Positions 10,139 through 19,591 of a DNA stretch of 54,884 bases are shown here, piece after piece; positions within the stretch are counted from its first letter, which is position 1, and each line of letters opens with the position of its first letter. The notes beneath the pieces were generated by a model. It was not told where the DNA came from, searched no databases, and saw only the letters and a program-made list of their open reading frames with translations. The position numbers and the translations under genes were made by a program. The DNA comes from Candidatus Cloacimonadota bacterium (GTDB lineage: Bacteria > Cloacimonadota > Cloacimonadia > Cloacimonadales > WRIO01), in the NCBI GenBank assembly GCA_029564175.1, contig JAKQQL010000241.1:1-54884 (forward strand). Direction: 5' to 3'.

Positions 10139-10836
10139 CTCACATAACAGACAAATCAATCTTATATATCGTAGCAACGCCAATTGGCAATCCCGAAGAT
10201 ATCAGCCTTAGAGCCCTAAAAGTATTGGAGCAGGCTGATATCATCATCGGAGAAGAACGAAAAGTAACAGCCAAACTACTGAGAAGCCTGAGCCTATCCA
10301 AACCAATAATTGAAGTAAACGAGCACAGTACTACAGACCAGATAAAAGAATTAATACATGAGATGATTCAGTCGCCTAAGCTTTATGCTCAGGTATCAGA
10401 CTGTGGAACCCCTTCATTTGAAGATCCTGGCGTTGAATTAGTTCAAATGGCGCAGGATTATGGTATTCAAGTGATTCCAGTGCCAGGGGTATCCAGTTTA
10501 ATGACATTAATAATGGTTGCAGGAATACCTATGAAGCAATTTTACTATGCTGGTTTTTTATCTCCTAAAAAAGAGATCCGTATTCAGGAGATTAAATCCC
10601 TTCATAGCCAGTTTCATAGCAAAAATAATATCGTAATTCTCGATACGCCCTACAGACTGGGTGCGCTTCTGGAAGATATTGCGAAAGTATTTCATGGGAA
10701 AACAGAGCTGATACTAGGCTATAAGCTAACCATGCCTGAAGAAAAAATAATGAGATTCTCTCTTTCAGATTATAAACAACAAATTGCCAATTTACCTAAA
10801 GGAGAGTTTGTTTTAATTATTCGAAAGCGGGGATAA
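10135..10836 (+). CDS. rsmI: 16S rRNA C1402 2'-O-methyltransferase RsmI-like tetrapyrrole methylase
   Basis: LYIVATPIGNPEDISLRAL, SDCGTP..DPG, PVPGVSS, KGEFVLII; ATGA overlap with the upstream gene. Confidence 0.85.
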   Translation: MTHITDKSILYIVATPIGNPEDISLRALKVLEQADIIIGEERKVTAKLLRSLSLSKPIIEVNEHSTTDQIKELIHEMIQSPKLYAQVSDCGTPSFEDPGVELVQMAQDYGIQVIPVPGVSSLMTLIMVAGIPMKQFYYAGFLSPKKEIRIQEIKSLHSQFHSKNNIVILDTPYRLGALLEDIAKVFHGKTELILGYKLTMPEEKIMRFSLSDYKQQIANLPKGEFVLIIRKRG

Positions 10837-10840
10837 TTTC

Positions 10841-12223
10841 GTGTTCAACTTAAATAAAACAAACGTTCTGTTTATCCTCTTTCTGCTTCTCATCTGCTTA
10901 TGTGAAGCAAAGTTGACAGAAAAATCTGGAGATCCTTCTCTAAAAAAGATACAAAATAAAAATTCGGATATATATATTGGTATCAGTGAAAAGAGTACAG
11001 ACCTGCAATCTGCTTTTAACAGTGCTGTCTCTCATGCCCAGTCACAAATCATTCAAAATCTTAGTACTCAGGCAAAAATTAGCATCTTGGTAAACGAATA
11101 CAGTTTCAATTCTGATCAGAACAATCGTCAGGAAATGAGTATCATCAAACAGAGTCAGTATTCAGGGCTATTTCGTATCAACCTCAAAGCGGATGCAGTT
11201 TACTGGGAAAAACACCAGGAGCATGGTGAATCCTGGTATATTGCCTGGGTAAGGGTAGCATTTTCAAAAAAGCAGTATATTCAGACTCTGGAAACAGAAT
11301 TCATCAGACAGATTGCTCAAATGAATGAAGTAATACAAGAAACCCGTTTCCAGGAAACAGCATTGAAAACCTTTGTTTTGCAAATGATAAAACTCAAAAA
11401 ATCTCTTTATGAATTTGAGACAGAAAATGCTCAGTTTAAATCCCTAATTTCTACAGAAATTGCAGAACGTTATCAGCAACATTATGTGACATTTGAATCC
11501 TTATGGACAGAAATGTGCAGGGATTTGAGTATCCGATTTATTAATTCTGATGAGCGTTTTCCAAAACAGGTGTATATTCATATTCGTTATCAAAATCATG
11601 ATTTAAAAGATATCAATCTCTATGTAAAAAGTAATAGTACTCAAATCCTCAGAACAGATGAAGCTGGATTACTGGTAATTAATCCCAATTACAGCCATTT
11701 TATCAGGCAGGATTACCAGATTTCATTAGTTCCGGAATCAGAGATTTATAAAGAGCTGCCCTCATTAAAATTCACACTCCATTCCCCTTTGTTTAACGAA
11801 AATATTCGTCTTCTGGTCGATATCAAAGCTGAACTACCTAACGAAGATTTATATCAGGAAATCAGCCAGGCCATCAGAAGTAAAGGCTTTCAGTTACAAT
11901 CAGCAGAGTTAAAAAACAGCCAGCCAGCAGATTTCATGATTCATATCCAGGTTCAAACAAAATACCTGCCAAAAATGACAAAAGCCAGTCAGCATTTCTA
12001 TGATACTAAAATTGAAATTACACTAAGCGCAGTCGCAAGTGGTCAGACCATAAAAAAATGGGATTATCCAGATTCTCAGTATCCTGTCATCAGAAGTACA
12101 GGCACTTCGAGATTATCTGCTCAAAGTCATGCAGTCTGTTTAAAAGGACTGGCAAACCGACAGGAGCTATGGATGAGTTTGATTCAGGAGACAGAACAGC
12201 TGATTAAACAAAAAAAATGGTAA
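10841..12223 (+). CDS. Secreted hypothetical protein, possible LPP20-like N-terminal domain
   Basis: 460-aa ORF in operon context, hydrophobic signal peptide, YIGIS...A.NSA...A..QI and YWEK patterns. Confidence 0.7.
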   Translation: MFNLNKTNVLFILFLLLICLCEAKLTEKSGDPSLKKIQNKNSDIYIGISEKSTDLQSAFNSAVSHAQSQIIQNLSTQAKISILVNEYSFNSDQNNRQEMSIIKQSQYSGLFRINLKADAVYWEKHQEHGESWYIAWVRVAFSKKQYIQTLETEFIRQIAQMNEVIQETRFQETALKTFVLQMIKLKKSLYEFETENAQFKSLISTEIAERYQQHYVTFESLWTEMCRDLSIRFINSDERFPKQVYIHIRYQNHDLKDINLYVKSNSTQILRTDEAGLLVINPNYSHFIRQDYQISLVPESEIYKELPSLKFTLHSPLFNENIRLLVDIKAELPNEDLYQEISQAIRSKGFQLQSAELKNSQPADFMIHIQVQTKYLPKMTKASQHFYDTKIEITLSAVASGQTIKKWDYPDSQYPVIRSTGTSRLSAQSHAVCLKGLANRQELWMSLIQETEQLIKQKKW

Positions 12224-12224
12224 T

Positions 12225-12256
12225 AAAAAAACCATCCCTAGGGATGGTTTAAAAAA
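12225..12256. terminator. Hairpin between convergent genes, probable terminator
   Basis: AAACCATCCCTAGGGATGGTTT palindrome with an A-run on the left (U-tract on the minus strand). Confidence 0.75.
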
Positions 12257-12270
12257 TGTTTGTTAATGTA

Positions 12271-12702
12271 TTAAGACACAACAAATTCGATATGTGAGAC
12301 ATTTTCGATATTGTCAGAGATAGGGCAACGACTATCAACTTCTTTTATAAATGCTTCTTTCTCTTCCTGAGTCAATGGTGCATCAATCGTTGTAATGACT
12401 TTGATTCTGGTAAATCCAGGGCGGATATGATTACTTTTTCCTGAAAGTACATCGGTATCTAAATCTCCTTCAATTTTCACATCCATTGCTTTTAAATCAA
12501 TTTTTTTCTGAAGAGCAACCATACGGCCAATAGTTAAAACACAACCAGCAAGAGCAAAGAAAAAATATTCCAAAGGAGTAGGTCCCTGATCATTACCCAT
12601 TGGTTTAGGCTGATCAATTGTCAGTGAAAAGTCCCTGGCTTTTAATTCAATCTCATACTTATCTTTGAGATTTGCACTTACTTCAACAGTTTTTAATGGC
12701 AT
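12271..12702 (-). CDS. OsmC/Ohr family protein
   Basis: DQP...GNDQGPTP.E...ALAGC and RCPISDN two-Cys pattern; AAGGAG RBS favours the second ATG. Confidence 0.9.
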   Translation of the reverse strand: MPLKTVEVSANLKDKYEIELKARDFSLTIDQPKPMGNDQGPTPLEYFFFALAGCVLTIGRMVALQKKIDLKAMDVKIEGDLDTDVLSGKSNHIRPGFTRIKVITTIDAPLTQEEKEAFIKEVDSRCPISDNIENVSHIEFVVS

Positions 12703-12782
12703 TTTCATCTCCTTATTTAATCATTTATAAGTCATTCTATATAAGACTTTAATCTTTGCAAGTAAAATAATATTTTTTTTTC

Positions 12783-12810
12783 TTGACTTCGTATTTTAAT
12801 TTCATATACT
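12783..12810 (+). promoter_or_regulatory. Putative sigma70 promoter
   Basis: TTGACT-N16-TATACT upstream of the 12830 gene. Confidence 0.5.
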
Positions 12811-12829
12811 TTAAAAGAAAGAGGAATAG

Positions 12830-13513
12830 ATGGACAAACGTTATCAAAGAAATAAGAATACAATCAGTGAGACAGAGCAAAATGAGCTTAAACAAAAAAA
12901 GGTTACTGTTATTGGATGTGGGGGTCTAGGGGGCTATATAGCTGAAATGCTTTGTAGAATAGGTATCGGCTCAATCACGCTTGTAGATGATGATATCATT
13001 GATGAAAGTAATCTAAACAGACAATTAATCAGTCATTCAGATAATATCGGTAAAAAAAAGGCGTTTGAATTAAAAGCAAGATTGCAGCAGATCAATCCTA
13101 ATTTAAACGTAATTGCCATAGATGACAGATTTTCTGAGAAAAATGCAGAGTATATACTTCAAAATACAGAGATTGTCCTGGATGCTCTTGACACCATACC
13201 TGTCAGAAAGTTGTTACAACAGGCATGCAAACAGCTAAATATCATAATGATTCATGGTGCAATTGCCGGCATGTATGGGCAGGTTTCTGTTATCTACCCT
13301 GGCGATAATGTGCTGAATCAGATTTATCCTGATACAGATCTTCAAGCACTTGAAAAAGACTTAGGTAATCCTTCATTTACCCCAGCCTGTATTGCCTCAA
13401 TCCAAGTGGCAGAATGTATTAAAATTCTCCTGCATAAGGGAGATATACTCAGGAAAAAACTTTTGATGCTAAATCTGCTGAATATGGAATTTGATATCAT
13501 CGATTTGGCTTAA
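12830..13513 (+). CDS. HesA/MoeB/ThiF-family adenylyltransferase
   Basis: RYQRN, IGCGGLG, D.D.IDESNLNRQ, DALD; no Zn-binding CxxC pairs. Confidence 0.92.
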   Translation: MDKRYQRNKNTISETEQNELKQKKVTVIGCGGLGGYIAEMLCRIGIGSITLVDDDIIDESNLNRQLISHSDNIGKKKAFELKARLQQINPNLNVIAIDDRFSEKNAEYILQNTEIVLDALDTIPVRKLLQQACKQLNIIMIHGAIAGMYGQVSVIYPGDNVLNQIYPDTDLQALEKDLGNPSFTPACIASIQVAECIKILLHKGDILRKKLLMLNLLNMEFDIIDLA

Positions 13514-13557
13514 TAATTGCATTTCATAATTCAAGAAACAAATAGAGGAGTGGAACA

Positions 13558-14307
13558 ATGAAATTCAGAATTGTCATTGGTGTATTACTGATACTGATTG
13601 GTTTTGCTGTGATTGGTGATAAAATATCAGACAGCAATATCTGGAGTCTTATCTCGACCTACTGGCCTGTCATATTGATTTTTTGGGGATTAGACAGTTT
13701 CTTTTCAAAGAAGAACTCTGTATATTTTTCTTTATTTATAAGCATATTGGGAGCTCTTTTCCTGTTAGGAAATTTAGGATTGACTCCACTTGAATGGTAT
13801 GACTTTATCTGGCCTACAATATTAATCGCCATCGGTATTCGGTTTATCATTCCTGGTAAATGGAAGAGTAAACGCAAAAAAGGTCATATCGTCATTGATG
13901 AAGAAATCATTGTAGATAAAGAATTTATCAAAAATGGGATCAACATAAACCAATCCAATGATGAAGATAAATTAGAAAATTATAATCTGTTTTCAGGTTT
14001 TGAAACAAAAGTGAGTTCCCAAAATTTTAAAGGTGGAGAAGTGGGTTCTATTTTTGGCGGGGCTGACATCGACCTGACAGAAGCCAAATTACATGATAAC
14101 AAGGCTCGTCTTGAACTGTACGCTATCTTTGGTGGGGTCGACATTATTGTGCCAAAGAACTGGAAGATTATTGTAAAAGGAACTCCCGTTTTTGGTGGGA
14201 TAACCAATTCTACTCATAACACTGAGCAGAATGAAGGCGAAGAAATAAAATTGTTTATTGAAGCTTATGCCATATTTGGTGGCATTGAAATTAAAAATGG
14301 AAATTGA
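13558..14307 (+). CDS. LiaF-like membrane protein (cell-wall-active antibiotic response family)
   Basis: N-terminal TM helices with YWP/IWP; C-terminal repeated IFGG beta units. Confidence 0.85.
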   Translation: MKFRIVIGVLLILIGFAVIGDKISDSNIWSLISTYWPVILIFWGLDSFFSKKNSVYFSLFISILGALFLLGNLGLTPLEWYDFIWPTILIAIGIRFIIPGKWKSKRKKGHIVIDEEIIVDKEFIKNGININQSNDEDKLENYNLFSGFETKVSSQNFKGGEVGSIFGGADIDLTEAKLHDNKARLELYAIFGGVDIIVPKNWKIIVKGTPVFGGITNSTHNTEQNEGEEIKLFIEAYAIFGGIEIKNGN

Positions 14308-14350
14308 CTTTTTTTCTACAAACAAGATGTTTGTAGTACAATTTATGGCA

Positions 14351-14381
14351 GAAAAAGACCCGGCAAATCCGGGTCTTTTCT
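14351..14381. terminator. Bidirectional terminator
   Basis: AAAAGACCCGG-CAAAT-CCGGGTCTTTT between convergent genes. Confidence 0.85.
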
Positions 14382-14393
14382 ATTAGCTTGAAA

Positions 14394-17192
14394 CTATGCT
14401 TTATTAACAGGATAAAGCACAAATCTGATTCTGTTCTTGTCGTATTTCAGATATTTCTGAGCAGTTTTTTGAATTTCTTTTGCTTTAACAGCGTTGACAT
14501 AATTCATATTGTTGATGAAATCATCTGTTGGTCTGTCATTCTGATATATCGTTTTTAGACTTGATAACCAGAAATAATTCTTTTTGATATTACTGGTGTG
14601 ATTTTGAAGCATGGTTTGTCTGTATATATTCATATATTTTTCTTCAACAACCTGTGTTCTCATTAAATCCATTTCACGATAGATTGCCTGAGTTAACTCT
14701 TCTACACGATCAGGAGAACAACCTAAGAAGATATGGATGGCTAATTTCTGAGAAGGATATTTTTGAATCTCCGGATAGGCATAGATATAGTAAACACCAC
14801 TCATTTTTTCTCTAATGTTTTCTCTTAATTTTTCATTGAGCACTAAAATCATGGCACTTACTTGTGTATTATTCTTTTTGTTATGGCTATAATCACTTGG
14901 GAGAGTAATCTTGATCATTGACTTTTCTTCCATTCCGGAATAAATCTTATAATCATGAATTCCCTTAACATACTCAATTTTATGATCTTCTATCTTTTCT
15001 TTCCTGTTCAGAGCTGGTAAATTAGCAAGATAATTTTCACTTAGTTTTTCAATTTGTTTTTCGTCAATAGAGCCAACAAAGAAGAAAGTAAAATCAGAAG
15101 CATCAGCAAAACGATCCTGATAGAGTTTGAAAACAGTATCTAAATCAACATTTTTGATAGAGTCAGTAGTTTGAATATTAATTCTTGGATGTCTGTTGTG
15201 GGAATATACTAATACAGAATCTTCAAAAACGGATTCAGGGTCAAGTGCTTTATTTTGTAAGAATCCTTCTAAAGTAGAAATAAAGGTGTTAAAAAAAGTT
15301 TTGTCTTTTCTTGGTTGAACAAAGTAAGAATGAATCAATTGCATCATCAATTCAAAATCTTCGGGACTGCATGAGCCGTTTAAACCTTCATATATTCCAT
15401 TGATATTAACAGATACCTCTGCATTTTTTCCGGTCATATACTTAGTTAAGGCATTACGATCAAATGAACCAATTCCTGAACCGTACATATATTGATTGAT
15501 AAAATCAGCCTGTTTTATATCTTCAGTTGAAAATTTAGAAAAACCACCCGGGCTGAAAGAATCAAAAAGAATTTCATTATTTTTAAAATCAGTCTTTTTA
15601 TAAACTACTTTAACGCCATTAGATAGATATAATTCATATAAATCTGCTGACTTATTATATTTTTTTGATATAATTTTTCCAGCTGGTTTAATATTGGCTA
15701 ATAAGGGTTCATTCACTGTTTTATCTTCATAGGGAGTTAACTCCATACGATCGGTTTTATTTAGAACAGCTAAAAGTTCTTCTTCCTTTGGAGCAATATT
15801 ACCCTCTTTTTCAGGGAAAGAAGCCGTAATCACCCGATTATCTTCATTAGAATATTCTTTAATCAACTGATTAACATCTTCAAGTGTAATCAATGGTAAT
15901 AAATCCTGAACCAACTGATAAGACTGATCTTCATTTAGCAAAGTACCTTCATTCAAATAATGACGAACATAAGCCCAAACCAAACGATTAGAGTCTTGTT
16001 TGTCCTTTTCTTTAAGGCGTCTTTCAGTATCCTTTAAGAGCGATAATTTCGCACGTTCAAGTTCGGTCGCTGTAAAACCAAAACGATCAATTCTTTCTTT
16101 TTCTGTAGCCAATGCTTCAAAGCCTTTTATAATCTGGTTGTCTTTTACAGCAGCTGTTGACATTAACATACTTTTTGAGCGGGTCATTGGATATTTGTAA
16201 GTAAAGGCATATAAAAAAGGAGCATTCTCTTTAGTTGATAATTCCTGTAAACGCTGATTAAACATATCTGAAAACAAGTTTGTCGTCAATACCCTTTTAT
16301 AATCACCAATGGTTTTTATCTTTTCAATCTGAGATTTTATCACCAGACTAACTGAAGAACTGTTCGCTTCTTTATCGCTAACGATAGAAACTAATGTTTC
16401 TTTATGATCAGGCACCGCTTCAATCACTCTCTCTCTTGGTGCTTTTCTTGCTGGAATACTGTCAAAATATTCTTTGATATATGTTTCGACTTCATTGATA
16501 TCAATATCACCAACGACGACAACAGCCTGTAAGTCAGGTCTGTACCAGTCTCTATAAAAGCGTTTGATTGCTTCGGGTTTAAAAGTACTGATAATTTCAT
16601 AAGAACCAATTGGAGATCTTTTTGCATATTTTGAGTCTTTTAATACGACTTCATTCTGTTTATTCCGAATGCGTTCATCAGCCCCGCGACCTCCTCGCCA
16701 TTCTTCAATGATAACACCACGTTCTTTTTCAATTTCATCATGATCAAAAGATAATTTATCTGCCCATTCACTTAAAATAAATATAGATTTTTTTAACTGT
16801 ACTTTGTCATCAGTAGCAGATTTAAGCATATAAACGGTTTCATCAAAACTGGTATAAGCATTGAGTCCACCGGCAAATCCCATACCGATAGAGCCAAGAT
16901 AATCTGTCAGTTCCGATTTTTTAAAATTTTTAGTGCCATTAAACGCCATATGTTCAGTAAAATGAGCAAGACCAGCCTGATCATCATCTTCGAGTACAGA
17001 TCCGGCATTAACGACCAGTCTTAGTTCCGCTTTGTTTTCTGGGATACTGTTCTGTCTCAGATAGTAGGTTAATCCATTAGATAACTTTCCAATTTTAACC
17101 CCTGAATCCACAGGCAGGCTGCTGTTCATATCCACTGCATACATACTTATCAACAGAGTAATCAGGAATATGAATACTAAGGATTTTTTCAT
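14394..17192 (-). CDS. M16 zinc protease (PqqL-like), exported
   Basis: HFTEH inverted zincin, LNAYTSFDETVY, ERGVIIEEWR, FYRDWYRPD; signal peptide; 932 aa. Confidence 0.93.
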   Translation of the reverse strand: MKKSLVFIFLITLLISMYAVDMNSSLPVDSGVKIGKLSNGLTYYLRQNSIPENKAELRLVVNAGSVLEDDDQAGLAHFTEHMAFNGTKNFKKSELTDYLGSIGMGFAGGLNAYTSFDETVYMLKSATDDKVQLKKSIFILSEWADKLSFDHDEIEKERGVIIEEWRGGRGADERIRNKQNEVVLKDSKYAKRSPIGSYEIISTFKPEAIKRFYRDWYRPDLQAVVVVGDIDINEVETYIKEYFDSIPARKAPRERVIEAVPDHKETLVSIVSDKEANSSSVSLVIKSQIEKIKTIGDYKRVLTTNLFSDMFNQRLQELSTKENAPFLYAFTYKYPMTRSKSMLMSTAAVKDNQIIKGFEALATEKERIDRFGFTATELERAKLSLLKDTERRLKEKDKQDSNRLVWAYVRHYLNEGTLLNEDQSYQLVQDLLPLITLEDVNQLIKEYSNEDNRVITASFPEKEGNIAPKEEELLAVLNKTDRMELTPYEDKTVNEPLLANIKPAGKIISKKYNKSADLYELYLSNGVKVVYKKTDFKNNEILFDSFSPGGFSKFSTEDIKQADFINQYMYGSGIGSFDRNALTKYMTGKNAEVSVNINGIYEGLNGSCSPEDFELMMQLIHSYFVQPRKDKTFFNTFISTLEGFLQNKALDPESVFEDSVLVYSHNRHPRINIQTTDSIKNVDLDTVFKLYQDRFADASDFTFFFVGSIDEKQIEKLSENYLANLPALNRKEKIEDHKIEYVKGIHDYKIYSGMEEKSMIKITLPSDYSHNKKNNTQVSAMILVLNEKLRENIREKMSGVYYIYAYPEIQKYPSQKLAIHIFLGCSPDRVEELTQAIYREMDLMRTQVVEEKYMNIYRQTMLQNHTSNIKKNYFWLSSLKTIYQNDRPTDDFINNMNYVNAVKAKEIQKTAQKYLKYDKNRIRFVLYPVNKA

Positions 17193-17254
17193 AGAATTCC
17201 TCCATAATATTGTTTCTAATAAAATTAAATAGCAATCTTTAAGCCAATCAGGCT

Positions 17255-17710
17255 TTATTTAAAAACTGACAACAATGTCTCAGTCATTCTCTGATAATGA
17301 GAACCCTTCCAGTAATACTGATTACAATGAGGGCATATCTTCAATTCGTCTGGATTTTCCGGTATATAATCAGCTTTTATGATCTGATTTGGCACTTTTA
17401 TCAAAAGATGATTACATAATGTACATCTACTGAAGATTTTATCAGGAGAAAAATCAGCAACTGATTTAAGTTCCTGAAGCTGATCATTCACATATTCCCC
17501 ATTGATTATCAAATGAGGAATATGTCTGATCATTGCACTTAAATGTTTATTTCTGCTGAGAAAGAGTCTTTTTTCTTTAACAACAAGACTTATAACAGCC
17601 CCTTCACTCAGATGATTAGATGAAATACAGTCAAATCCTGCAAAACGCAGGATTTTCAATAATCGTCCCAAATGGGAGTCAACGATAAATTTTCGGTATT
17701 TGCTTTTAAT
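17255..17710 (-). CDS. Mut7-C RNase domain protein (probable ATT start)
   Basis: KFIVDSHLGRL..LR..GFD, RC..CN, CPHC..YYWKGSH; the conserved N-terminus lies upstream of the TTG at 17671. Confidence 0.85.
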   Translation of the reverse strand: MKSKYRKFIVDSHLGRLLKILRFAGFDCISSNHLSEGAVISLVVKEKRLFLSRNKHLSAMIRHIPHLIINGEYVNDQLQELKSVADFSPDKIFSRCTLCNHLLIKVPNQIIKADYIPENPDELKICPHCNQYYWKGSHYQRMTETLLSVFK

Positions 17711-18392
17711 CTCTCGACCCTCTTAATATAAGTAAACGGATGAGTTGCATTAAAGCCATCAGAGTTGAAGCAACATAAGTCATTGCAGCAGCACTCAACA
17801 TACTCTTGCATCCGGCAATTTCATTTGACTGGGTAACTAGACCTGTTTCACGTAACTGGTCAATTGCCCGTGAAGAAGCATTGAATTCAACTGGCAGAGT
17901 AACGATATGAAATAATAGAGCTGCACTAAAGAAGATGATCCCAATATCCATCAGCATAGGAAATGAAAAAATCATACCCGCAATAAATAATGGGAAAGCC
18001 ATAGTTGAGCCAATATTTGCAACTGGCAGTAGTTGAGCTCGTAATAAAACAGGATAATAGCCTTTTGCATGTTGAATCGCATGACCCACTTCATGAGCAG
18101 CAATACTCAATGAAGCCAGAGATGTACCGTAAAATATTGGTTCTGACAAATGTACTTCTTTAGTTGAAGGATTATAATGATCTGTCAATTCACCCTTTTC
18201 AGGTAATACCTGAACATCATAAATCCCATTTTCTCTTAAAATGGCTTCTGCTGCCTCAGCTCCTGTTTGTCCGCAGGAACTTCTAATCTTAGAATACTTT
18301 GTAAAATTTGATCTGACTTTGGACTGTGCCCAAAATGCCAGTATTAAAACCGGAATGATTAAAATCATGGTTCCATCAAATGGTAAAAACAT
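17706..18392 (-). CDS. YugP-like neutral zinc metallopeptidase
   Basis: LTDHYNP, AAHEVGHAIQH, TLPVEFNASSRA, AAAMTYVA. Confidence 0.92.
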   Translation of the reverse strand: MFLPFDGTMILIIPVLILAFWAQSKVRSNFTKYSKIRSSCGQTGAEAAEAILRENGIYDVQVLPEKGELTDHYNPSTKEVHLSEPIFYGTSLASLSIAAHEVGHAIQHAKGYYPVLLRAQLLPVANIGSTMAFPLFIAGMIFSFPMLMDIGIIFFSAALLFHIVTLPVEFNASSRAIDQLRETGLVTQSNEIAGCKSMLSAAAMTYVASTLMALMQLIRLLILRGSRD

Positions 18393-18463
18393 TTATGACC
18401 TCCGTATTATTTCACACTCTATTTCTCAATTTATAACTGTGATACTATAAAAAATTACAATAT

Positions 18464-19567
18464 TTATGTAATCAGACGTTTCAGAAGACGCTTATAGACT
18501 TCTATACCTACATCAATTGACTTTTCATCAGGCAAAAAAGTAGCAGAATGAAGATCTTCAGAACAATCTGTGCCTAACCAGAATAACAAGCCTGGATATA
18601 ATGAGGTAAAGAATCCAAAATCTTCACCTGTCATAGAAGCCTCTACTTCCCTGTAATGAATTTCATCATCACATATACTCATCAACATCTCATTTAACGC
18701 TTTGTTATTGATAACAGGATCATAAGTATTGGGAAAATCTACCTTAATATCCAGTTCATGAATATCTGAAATATGTTCTGCTGTCTTTATGATTAACTCA
18801 TTCATCTTCTGATGATTCGCTTTGCTTAATGTTCTGGTGGTTCCTTTCATGAGACATGTTTCAGCCAAAGAATTTCGCATCGTTCCTGCCTGCATCCATC
18901 CCACATGAAAAACGGCTGGTTCAACAGGATGAAAAGCTTTAGTTACAGACTGATTCATTGACTGGTAAAACTGAGTAGCAGCCAACAGTGCATCTTTACC
19001 ATTCTGAGGCAAAGCCACGTGAGAAGCTTTTCCTTTAACGCTTATATCAAACTCCTGAGGAATGCCAAAAATGATACCTGATTTTGAAGCGACTGTTCCT
19101 GTGGGATATGCCCCTGAAATATGCAAAGCAAAGGCATATTGAATATCAAACTGATTAAAAATGCCAGTCTGAATTATCGCCATTGCTCCTCCCTCACCTT
19201 CTTCAGCAGGTTGAAAGAGAAATAGAAGATTTTGATCTGGTTTTGCAGATAGAACCCAATCCATAAACCCGATTAAAATACTCATGTGAATATCATGGCC
19301 ACAGGCATGCATCATACCCTGATGCTCAGAAGTGAAGGCACAGCCGGTTTTCTCAGTTATAGGTAAGGCATCCATATCAGAGCGGAAAAGTTGATATTGT
19401 CCTTTATTCACTGTATATTCATACAAAATACCCGTAGTCTGAAAAGTGTGTACTTTGAGTAAAGGATTATCTTGAAATAAAGCCAGTATCAATGCCTGCG
19501 TTTTTGACTCTTTATATGCGATTTCAGGTATCCGGTGTAACTGTTTTCTGATTTCATAGAGGTTCAT
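18464..19567 (-). CDS. M20D amidohydrolase (N-acetyldiaminopimelate deacetylase-like)
   Basis: RSDMDALP, MHACGHDIH, FQPAEEG, GEDF, LH; ATG after AAGGAG. Confidence 0.9.
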   Translation of the reverse strand: MNLYEIRKQLHRIPEIAYKESKTQALILALFQDNPLLKVHTFQTTGILYEYTVNKGQYQLFRSDMDALPITEKTGCAFTSEHQGMMHACGHDIHMSILIGFMDWVLSAKPDQNLLFLFQPAEEGEGGAMAIIQTGIFNQFDIQYAFALHISGAYPTGTVASKSGIIFGIPQEFDISVKGKASHVALPQNGKDALLAATQFYQSMNQSVTKAFHPVEPAVFHVGWMQAGTMRNSLAETCLMKGTTRTLSKANHQKMNELIIKTAEHISDIHELDIKVDFPNTYDPVINNKALNEMLMSICDDEIHYREVEASMTGEDFGFFTSLYPGLLFWLGTDCSEDLHSATFLPDEKSIDVGIEVYKRLLKRLIT

Positions 19568-19591
19568 AAATTCTCCTTTCAATCCATCACT

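Noticed and set aside
4694..13513. RiPP cluster (TldD/E + ThiF)
   Set aside because: The genes are in separate transcription units; no precursor peptide, YcaO or exporter is present.
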